A stretch of DNA of 15,542 bases from an uncultured Deinococcales bacterium (GTDB taxonomy: Bacteria > Deinococcota > Deinococci > Deinococcales > JAAFIG01): assembly GCA_964247135.1 (NCBI GenBank), contig CAXTTL010000111.1, positions 1 through 15,542 of the forward strand. Direction: 5' to 3'. Below are positions 1 to 6,772 of the stretch, one piece after another. Each line of letters starts with the position of its first letter. Position 1 is the stretch's first letter. The translations under genes and the position numbers were made by a program. The notes beneath the pieces are model-generated. The model saw nothing but the letters and a program-made list of their open reading frames with translations, was not told the DNA's origin and made no database searches.

Positions 1-10
1 GTCAATAGCC

Positions 11-40
11 AAAAAAGGCGCAGTAATCTGCGCCTTTTTT
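11..40. terminator. Bidirectional intrinsic terminator
   Basis: AAAAAAGGCGCAG-TAAT-CTGCGCCTTTTTT is a perfect 13-bp inverted repeat with a GC-rich stem and a 6-nt U tract on either strand. It lies downstream of the minus-strand chemosensory cluster. Confidence 0.9.
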
Positions 41-55
41 ATGGAGCTACCCCTA

Positions 56-221
56 AAAGCGTGTTGACCCTCGAGAAACCAGAATGATTCTTTCAAAAAC
101 CTCAAAACTGTAGGGTGCGCTGTGCGCACCATGAACACGTAGATGACGGTGCGCACGGCGCACCCTACCAATACCTTTTGTTTTAAGAAAAACCTTTCAT
201 AAACCAGGGTCAACACACTTT
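56..221. mobile_element. Putative MITE-like element bounded by 16-bp inverted repeats
   Basis: AAAGCGTGTTGACCCT (56-71) and AGGGTCAACACACTTT (206-221) match 15/16 as inverted repeats. The 166-bp interior is non-coding and contains a REP doublet. No clear target-site duplication is visible. Confidence 0.5.
110..168. repeat. GTAG-family REP doublet (REPIN/BIME-like)
   Basis: GTAG-GGTGCGC-TGT-GCGCACC (110-130, +) and an inverted copy GTAG-GGTGCGC-CGT-GCGCACC (148-168, -) are 20/21 identical with a 17-nt spacer. A GTAG tetranucleotide followed by a short palindrome is the canonical REP architecture. Confidence 0.85.
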
Positions 222-248
222 GCGCCAGTCTCTTTTTATGTTGAGGTT

Positions 249-983
249 TTATTTTGTCGGGTGAGATTCAAAACTCGATAGCTCGAGCAGCAACTGGAAC
301 AAACTCTTGCGAATGGTTTTGGTTTGGAGTTCCAAACTGACGGGTTCGAGCGTCTCAAAATAAAACCGTCCGTTGCTCGAGTCGTTGGCGTGGGCGCACA
401 ATCGCAGCACGGCTTCCTCGCCAATTCGTCCCTGGTGTTCGGAATGAATCGGGCGACCTTGGACGAAGAAAATAAAACTGTTTTGTTCGCCCAGTTGAAT
501 GCGAAGCTTGCCGGTGCTGTTCGATTTTGCCAGCCACTGCAAGAGGTTGAGTAAATCCGCATCGTCGAGCGAACCGCCAATCGAGGGTTCGCGGATGCTG
601 CTCATCGAAACCTCAAAATTGACTTGACGCATGACCTCTTCGACCAGGCGCTTGGCAATCAGACTGATTTCGCTGACCGTACTCGAGGTGGAGAGCACCA
701 TGTCGTTGTTGTTGGTTTCCAAACCCTCGGGTTTGGCGTTTGCCAGCAAAATAAAGGCGGTGGCTTTTAGGGCTGGGTCGCCGCGAACGATCTCGTGCAA
801 ATCCGCGCCGCTCAAATCTGGCAACTCGAGGTCGGCGACCATCACGTCGGGTTGTGAACGCTCGAGGATGCTGGTGGCGTACATGGCGCTGGGCGCAATC
901 TCGGCTTGAAAGCCTTCAAACTGCATGTCGAGCATTAGGGCTTTGGCACGAGCAACATCGCTCGAGACGATCATGGCTTTCAT
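249..983 (-). CDS. Atypical response-regulator receiver fused to a C-terminal DUF4388 (PatA-N-like) domain
   Basis: 244 aa. N-terminal REC fold (PDVMVADLELPDLSG). C-terminal GSLDDADLLNLLQWL...STGKLRI...IFFVQGRPIHSE...GEEAV...GRFYF matches the DUF4388 pattern. Start overlaps the cheA stop (ATGA, 980-983). Confidence 0.85.
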   Translation of the reverse strand: MKAMIVSSDVARAKALMLDMQFEGFQAEIAPSAMYATSILERSQPDVMVADLELPDLSGADLHEIVRGDPALKATAFILLANAKPEGLETNNNDMVLSTSSTVSEISLIAKRLVEEVMRQVNFEVSMSSIREPSIGGSLDDADLLNLLQWLAKSNSTGKLRIQLGEQNSFIFFVQGRPIHSEHQGRIGEEAVLRLCAHANDSSNGRFYFETLEPVSLELQTKTIRKSLFQLLLELSSFESHPTK

Positions 984-3904
984 GCGCTGGCTCCAACGGC
1001 AACAGGTGCTCGAGGGCTTTGGGTTTCGTGGTGCGCACGGGCAAGCTCGAGAAAGCGCCGCAATTGGTTTTCATCCAGCGGTTTGTTGAAATATTCGCTG
1101 ACGCCCAAACGCATGGCGAAGTCGCGGTGTTTGTCGCTGGTGCGGGTGGTCAGCATGGCAACTGGTACTGTCGCATAATTTGATCGGCGGCGCAACTCCG
1201 AGAGCAATTCAAAGCCGTTGACGCGCGGCATTTCAAGGTCGGTGATGACCGCCATGAAGTCTTGGCTGGCGAGCGCGTTGATCGCATCTTGACCGTCGGC
1301 GGCGGTGGTGACTTCATAACCCAGGCGGCGAATGATTTGCGAGACCACGCGGCGCACACTCAAGGAATCATCGACCAGCAAGACATGCGGCAAGGATCGG
1401 TCAATCGGCACGACAGCATTGATCAGCGTACTGCGCTCGAGCCTTTCCAGACCGGTTGGGTCGAGCAAAATCACCGCCTCACCGTCCGTGCCGACCATTG
1501 CACCCGAAACGTGTTTGATGGCGCTGAACGGTTCCTCGAGCGCCCGAACCAGGGCTTGCTCGAGTCCCAGGAAACGGTCGGCTTTGAGGGCGATGCGTCC
1601 GTCGGTCGTCTCGAGCACCACAATCGAAATGCGTTTTTCGCTGGTTTCTGATTTTGGCAGACCGAGCAGTTCGGCGAGGTCGAGCAGGTCGAGGCGCTCA
1701 TTCTGGAAGTCGTACTTGGCTTGTTTGGGGTTGCTGGCTTCAAAACGCAACTCGCTGACCAGAACGCTGCGCAACGCGCGAACCGCCTCGCCAGGCAGGG
1801 CGTAACGCTCGCCGGAAGTCTCGAGCATCAAAACGTCGGAAATAATCATGGTGGCGGGAATCCGCAAGCTAAAGCGCGTCCCGAAACCAGGTTCGGTCTG
1901 AATGGCGACCTCGCCTTTGAGTTTACGGACGCTCGAGTACACGATGTCCATGCCCACACCGCGACCCGCACGGTCTGAAATCGTGCTGGCGGTGGAAAGT
2001 CCTGGCAGAAAGATCAACTCGAGCGCCTCCTCGTTGGAGAGCTTGATGACATCTTCGGCGCGGCGCAAACCCCTGGCGACGGCGGTCTGTTTGATCACGC
2101 CGACGTCCATGCCGTTGCCGTCGTCTTGAATGTCGATCACCAGATAATTGCCGCGACGCGACGCCGAAACCCGAATCGAACCGGCAATCGGTTTGCCGCG
2201 CCTCAAACGTTCTTCCCTGGATTCGATGCCGTGAACGGCGGCGTTGTTCATCAGGTGAATCAAAGAGTCCGCCAGACCGTCGAGCACCAGATTGTCAACC
2301 TCAACGTTCTCGCCAGTCAGCTCGAGGTTGATGGACTTGCCGAGTTCGTTTGCGGTCTGCCGAATCTGACGCCTTAAGCGCTGGTAAAAGCGACCCATCG
2401 AAACCATGCGCAAACGCCCAGCCTCGAGCCGCAAATTACGGGTGGTGCGTTCAAAGCTGGTGGTTTCGCGTTTGAAGTTGAGCGAGAGTTTTTGAAATTG
2501 CTCGCCAATTTCGCCCAAGTCCGCCGTCAACTCCGAAATCCCTCGGGACATCAGGGACAGGTCGTCGTAACGGTCAAACTCGAGTTCGGAGAAGGCACTT
2601 TGCACGTCGGAGCCGACATCGCCCTCGACCCGTGATTGTTCGGGTTGGGTTGATTCAGGGTTTTGAGCTTGGGCTGATACCCCCATCGCGCTCAAATCGC
2701 TGGTTTGTAACCTCGAGTCGCCGTAACGCAACGAGAATTCGGTGGCGGCTTGCAACAGACGCATTCTTGAGCTTTCAAGTTGATCTGAAAGCTCGATAAA
2801 TTCGTTGCTCATGCGGTCCAGTCGCGCACGGGTCAGCAGCACCTCACCAGAAATGTTCATGACACTCTCTAAACGGTTGATGCCAACCCGAATCGTGGCG
2901 ATGGGCGCGGCGGGTTCTTTGACGGGTTCGCTGGCGACCGGCAACATTGGTGGCAGATTCGACTCGATAAAATCATCGTTGGTGGCATCAATAATCGATT
3001 CCACACCCAAGAGTTCATCGAGCTGCCCTTGGGTGTCGCGCATCGATTGCTCGAGTTTGGTCTCCCGACCCTCGGCGGTGTGCAGCATCATGCTGAGGGT
3101 GTCCGTGCCTTGCACGATGGCTCTGGCTATCGGTTCAGACCAGGCGCTCGTGCCGTCGCGGACTTTGACCAAAATATCTTCTAAGCGGTGCGCCAATTTC
3201 CCGACGGGCTGGCAACCCACGCTGTACGCCGCGCCTTTGATCGTGTGCATGGCACGAAACACGGTGTTGACCGTGTCGCTCGGGTCACTCGGGTCAAAGC
3301 GTTCAATTGCGGCGGGCACGCTTTCAAGATGCTCGAGCACTTCGGGCGCAAAATACTCCCAGACTTCGGGGTTTTGGGCAAAATACTCGCGCAATTCTTG
3401 TTGCAAGGTTTTGCGAACCGGCATCTGCTGGGCGCGGGTAAAATCGGGCACGAGCGCCAAGTCTCGAGCCGTCGCCAGCTCTTCGGGCGACTTGCGGGTG
3501 AAATTGCTGGTGCCCGCCTTTAAAAGCCTTGCCAGCAATTCTGGACCGCCCAGACGCGCCAGTTCCAGCCCAACTTCGCCCTCATCGCCGCGCTCAGAAA
3601 TTCGTTCGAGGGATTCGGCAAAAATCGCGCCGCAGGTTTGGGCAAATTGATTGCACAAGTCCTGTTGCGAGCCTGTGAACTCTGGGGCAGATTCAAAAAC
3701 GCGCTCGAGCAAACCCGCCAGGTTTGCGATTTCGGGAAATTGGTACATGCCCGCCGAACCCTTCAGGCGGTGCGCGGCGACCACCAACTTGCGAGACTGC
3801 ACCGGATCGGGCAGCAATTCGCTGGTGCGTTCCAAGGTCGAAACCGTGTCCCAGGCTTCGGTCAGGAACATATCGAGCATTTCTGTTGTGGGTGTTGACA
3901 TCAT
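980..3904 (-). CDS. cheA: Hybrid chemosensory histidine kinase (CheA/ChpA/PixL-like): Hpt-Hpt-dimerisation-HATPase-CheW-REC
   Basis: 974 aa. Two Hpt motifs (AAHRLKGSAG, AMHTIKGAA), ChpA-like FSELEFDRYDDL segment, N box (LIHLMNNAAVHGIE), G1 (IQDDGNGMD), F/G2 (IFLPGLST...GRGVGMDIV), CheW domain and a C-terminal receiver (VLLVDDS...ITDLEMPRVNG...MLTTR...KP). Confidence 0.95.
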   Translation of the reverse strand: MMSTPTTEMLDMFLTEAWDTVSTLERTSELLPDPVQSRKLVVAAHRLKGSAGMYQFPEIANLAGLLERVFESAPEFTGSQQDLCNQFAQTCGAIFAESLERISERGDEGEVGLELARLGGPELLARLLKAGTSNFTRKSPEELATARDLALVPDFTRAQQMPVRKTLQQELREYFAQNPEVWEYFAPEVLEHLESVPAAIERFDPSDPSDTVNTVFRAMHTIKGAAYSVGCQPVGKLAHRLEDILVKVRDGTSAWSEPIARAIVQGTDTLSMMLHTAEGRETKLEQSMRDTQGQLDELLGVESIIDATNDDFIESNLPPMLPVASEPVKEPAAPIATIRVGINRLESVMNISGEVLLTRARLDRMSNEFIELSDQLESSRMRLLQAATEFSLRYGDSRLQTSDLSAMGVSAQAQNPESTQPEQSRVEGDVGSDVQSAFSELEFDRYDDLSLMSRGISELTADLGEIGEQFQKLSLNFKRETTSFERTTRNLRLEAGRLRMVSMGRFYQRLRRQIRQTANELGKSINLELTGENVEVDNLVLDGLADSLIHLMNNAAVHGIESREERLRRGKPIAGSIRVSASRRGNYLVIDIQDDGNGMDVGVIKQTAVARGLRRAEDVIKLSNEEALELIFLPGLSTASTISDRAGRGVGMDIVYSSVRKLKGEVAIQTEPGFGTRFSLRIPATMIISDVLMLETSGERYALPGEAVRALRSVLVSELRFEASNPKQAKYDFQNERLDLLDLAELLGLPKSETSEKRISIVVLETTDGRIALKADRFLGLEQALVRALEEPFSAIKHVSGAMVGTDGEAVILLDPTGLERLERSTLINAVVPIDRSLPHVLLVDDSLSVRRVVSQIIRRLGYEVTTAADGQDAINALASQDFMAVITDLEMPRVNGFELLSELRRRSNYATVPVAMLTTRTSDKHRDFAMRLGVSEYFNKPLDENQLRRFLELARAHHETQSPRAPVAVGASA

Positions 3905-3917
3905 GTTCGGACTTTCT

Positions 3918-5873
3918 TCACGCTGGCAATTGGAATCTCGAGAGGCTCTTGTTCAATTGCTCTGCCAGGGCACGCAAGGTTTCGGCGGTGTTCTGACCCT
4001 CCAAGCTGGCGCTTTGGGTTTGCATGGCGCTGGAACTGATGCTGGACACCGCCTCACGGACTTTTTCGACGCTTCGTGCGTGGTTTTGAGCTTCACTCGA
4101 GATACCCGAAGCGTCCGCTGCCGATTGGGTTGCCAATTTTGCGATTTGGGTCAACTGCACACCCGCCTGCGCGGCGACGTTGTAACCCTGTTCCACCTGT
4201 CCCGCACTGCCCTGCACACGTTCCACCATGTTCTGAATGTCGCTTTGAACGGCTTTGACGATGTTTGCCACCGCCTGCGCCGAACGCGCCGAGTCGTCGG
4301 CAAGTTTACGAACGCTGTCCGCCACCGCCGCAAAGCGCAAACCCGCCGCGCCCGCGCCCGCCGCCTCGAGCGAGGCGCCCAGCGCCAAGAGGTTCGTTTG
4401 ACTCGAGATGCGTGAAATGGTGCGCACGATCTCGCTGATCTCACTTGATCGCAGCGCCAAAGTGTTCATGCCGGTGGTCAGGCTGCGCACCTGATCCCGA
4501 ATGTTGCCAAGCTCGGTTTGGGTGGCGCTGACCGCCGCCTGACCCGACTGCGATGCCAACAGGGTTTGCTGCGCGACCTGGGCTGTTTCCTGCGCACGGG
4601 TTGCCAAACCACGAATCGCGTTCGTGACCTCGAGCACCTGGATGTTGGTCGATTCTGCGGTATTGGACTGGGTTTGGGCGTTGGAAACAATGCCCGAAGA
4701 GGTCTTCGTCATCGAGGTTGCCGACGAACCGACCTGAACGGCGGCGCGCTGCACGTCTTTCAAGAGATAACCGATTTCGTCGGTCATCAGGTTGATGGCA
4801 TCGACCACGTTACCCAGCGCATCCTCGGAAACTTTACCGCGCTGGGTCAAATCGCCGCCCGCGATGTTCATGGCGACATCCAAAAATTCTGAAACGTTTT
4901 GTTGAAGTGCCAAACCGCGTTGACGTTCGTCTTCCTGACGAGCGATGAACTCACGCAATTGAACCACCGAAGTTCCCAAAGCCCGCGAAACCGTGCTGAT
5001 CTCATCGCGCCCTGGCAAATCCGCCACCGCCTCGAGATTGCCTTCACGCAAGGACTGCGCCTGGGTCTCGAGCCTCGAGAGGCGCGAGGTGATCGAACGT
5101 GAAATGATGAATGCCAAGATCAAACCGAGCGCAACACTGATCAGCAAGCTTAAACCGATTTGAATCAGTGTACGTTGATAAATGGCTTGCGATTCCTCAG
5201 TGGCAATACCTGCCACCTCGTTTGCCGTTCCCAACAACGTCTGCAAACCAGCTCGAGCTTCCCCTGCGCGTCTGGTCGCACCCTCCGCCAGTTGAGTCAG
5301 CGGTTTGCCTTTTTTGACCGTTTCAAGAAAAGCGTTGATGTCTGAATTGGCATTGTCATAGACGGCAGCCAAAGAGCCAAGTGCAGACTCCTCGGCTTGC
5401 ATGGTGTCTTGTCCAACTCGAGCCATCAGATTCGATCTTTTGTTGATTTGCCAAACATCTTGGTACTGTTTAATGGCAGTTTTAATCACCAGATCGTTGT
5501 TGTTGATTTGTTCAATATAGGTATCTCTCACCGATTGGTTCGACGCGACAATGCTATCTCTTAAGATCAGTAAAATACGTTGAGTATCAGCAAAAGCCGT
5601 ATTCGCCTGATTTAATTGGTCAATGCTCGGCAAGGTAACTTCCGCGAAGTTGGACAATTGGTTTTTAAGACTGTTAAAACCGATAAAAACCGAAATGGCT
5701 GTGACCAAAATACCCAAACCCAGAGCCGCCACAATCAAACCCAGCTTGGGTTGCAACCGCAAATTGTCCAACCAGTTCGCGGTTTGTCTTGGACTTGTGC
5801 TCGAGGTCTGGGCAAGACTTACCGAAGACCTTTGTTTTTCTGACGCCTCTTTTTTAGACTTTATACGCTGCAT
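3918..5873 (-). CDS. Methyl-accepting chemotaxis protein MCP3 (PilJ-like; four-helix-bundle-type sensor, two HAMPs, divergent signalling tip)
   Basis: Two hydrophobic TM segments, HAMP motifs (GRDEISTVSRA; GGDLTQRGKVSEDALGNVVDAIN) and an MCP signal domain (QTNLLAL...VRKLA). Start moved from ORF-track 5942 to the ATG at 5873, which has an AGAGG Shine-Dalgarno; 651 aa. Confidence 0.93.
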   Translation of the reverse strand: MQRIKSKKEASEKQRSSVSLAQTSSTSPRQTANWLDNLRLQPKLGLIVAALGLGILVTAISVFIGFNSLKNQLSNFAEVTLPSIDQLNQANTAFADTQRILLILRDSIVASNQSVRDTYIEQINNNDLVIKTAIKQYQDVWQINKRSNLMARVGQDTMQAEESALGSLAAVYDNANSDINAFLETVKKGKPLTQLAEGATRRAGEARAGLQTLLGTANEVAGIATEESQAIYQRTLIQIGLSLLISVALGLILAFIISRSITSRLSRLETQAQSLREGNLEAVADLPGRDEISTVSRALGTSVVQLREFIARQEDERQRGLALQQNVSEFLDVAMNIAGGDLTQRGKVSEDALGNVVDAINLMTDEIGYLLKDVQRAAVQVGSSATSMTKTSSGIVSNAQTQSNTAESTNIQVLEVTNAIRGLATRAQETAQVAQQTLLASQSGQAAVSATQTELGNIRDQVRSLTTGMNTLALRSSEISEIVRTISRISSQTNLLALGASLEAAGAGAAGLRFAAVADSVRKLADDSARSAQAVANIVKAVQSDIQNMVERVQGSAGQVEQGYNVAAQAGVQLTQIAKLATQSAADASGISSEAQNHARSVEKVREAVSSISSSAMQTQSASLEGQNTAETLRALAEQLNKSLSRFQLPA

Positions 5874-5986
5874 ACAAAAACCTCTTTTTTGCTGCCTCTC
5901 CAATTTGAAACGCACTGTTTTGAAAACCTTGTGCAACTTCAATGAGATTCTTGCAGTGAGATTGCTAACCTCAAACCAAGCTCGAG

Positions 5987-6742
5987 TCAGGCGATCTGTT
6001 GGGGCTGGAAATCTTCATTCACATTTGGAATCACGGCATTTGCCAACAGTGGCACCACCACCGTAATCAATGCCACCAACAAGAACAAATCCAGCGAGAG
6101 CACGCCATCGCTGACAGAGGCGAGCGAGTTTTTTGCTTGTTCAGAAACATCAAATTGACTTGCCAGCATTCCAGTATAGTGCATCAAAGGAACCGCCAAA
6201 CCGACCACCACCGTGACCAACACGTTGCGAAAGGGCAAATTCGCCCAGAGGTTGTTGTTCAGTAACCACAAACCCACCGACGACAACACCACGGCAACCA
6301 ATGCCGACACGCCGACCATTGGCAGGCTCAAGGTCATTTCTGCCCCCGAGCGCAAGGAAAACATTCCGGTATAGTGCATCGCGCCGACGCCAACGCCGAG
6401 CAATGTGCCACCAAGAGCAATACGAAGCAGGCTGGTTTGCTGAACGCCGACAATACCAAACGCCAACCAGGCGGCAATAAAAATAAACACGATAGACAAT
6501 GCCGTAATCGGCAGGTTGTAAGCGACCAAAACGGGCAATTTCAAGGCTGCCATGCCGACAAAGTGCATGGTCCAAACGCCGAAACCGAACGACAATGCCC
6601 CGCCCAGTTGCCACTGCATCCGGTGACTCGGGTCGGTTCTCATGCGGTTCAGGCAGGTCAGCGCCGAACTCGAGGCGACGATGGCAACCAAAAACGAGAA
6701 AAGAACGAGAATTGGATCGTAAGTGTTTTGCAAATGGGTCAT
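5987..6742 (-). CDS. Stand-alone MHYT-domain integral membrane sensor protein
   Basis: Hydrophobic throughout, with three MHYT motifs (WTMHFVGM, GAMHYTGM, PLMHYTGM) and the typical N-terminal YDPILVLFSFLVAIVASSSAL. No cytoplasmic output domain. Start moved to the ATG at 6742 (TAAGGAG SD); 251 aa. Confidence 0.92.
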   Translation of the reverse strand: MTHLQNTYDPILVLFSFLVAIVASSSALTCLNRMRTDPSHRMQWQLGGALSFGFGVWTMHFVGMAALKLPVLVAYNLPITALSIVFIFIAAWLAFGIVGVQQTSLLRIALGGTLLGVGVGAMHYTGMFSLRSGAEMTLSLPMVGVSALVAVVLSSVGLWLLNNNLWANLPFRNVLVTVVVGLAVPLMHYTGMLASQFDVSEQAKNSLASVSDGVLSLDLFLLVALITVVVPLLANAVIPNVNEDFQPQQIA

Positions 6743-6772
6743 GAAATTACTCCTTACCAAACGAGAATGGAT

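Noticed and set aside
110-168. Repeat-spacer-repeat as a mini CRISPR array
   Set aside because: Only two units, inverted rather than direct, with a 17-nt spacer and no cas genes. It fits a REP doublet.
2805-4415. Long plus-strand ORFs (2805-3650, 281 aa; 3651-4415, 254 aa) and the many shorter antisense or alternate-frame ORFs
   Set aside because: They lie wholly opposite or within well-supported genes, show no recognisable motifs, and are the expected shadow ORFs of GC-rich coding DNA.
5874-5942. N-terminal extensions given by the ORF track for MCP3 (also MHYT 6760, MCP2 8731, CheW 11649, PilH 11909)
   Set aside because: Downstream ATGs have clear SD sequences or ATGA coupling, and the extensions carry no domain sequence.
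5874-6742. MHYT gene and MCP3 as a frameshifted single MHYT-MCP fusion
   Set aside because: MCP3 has its own SD, start, TM1, sensor and TM2, and the MHYT ORF ends with a normal stop followed by a 113-nt spacer.
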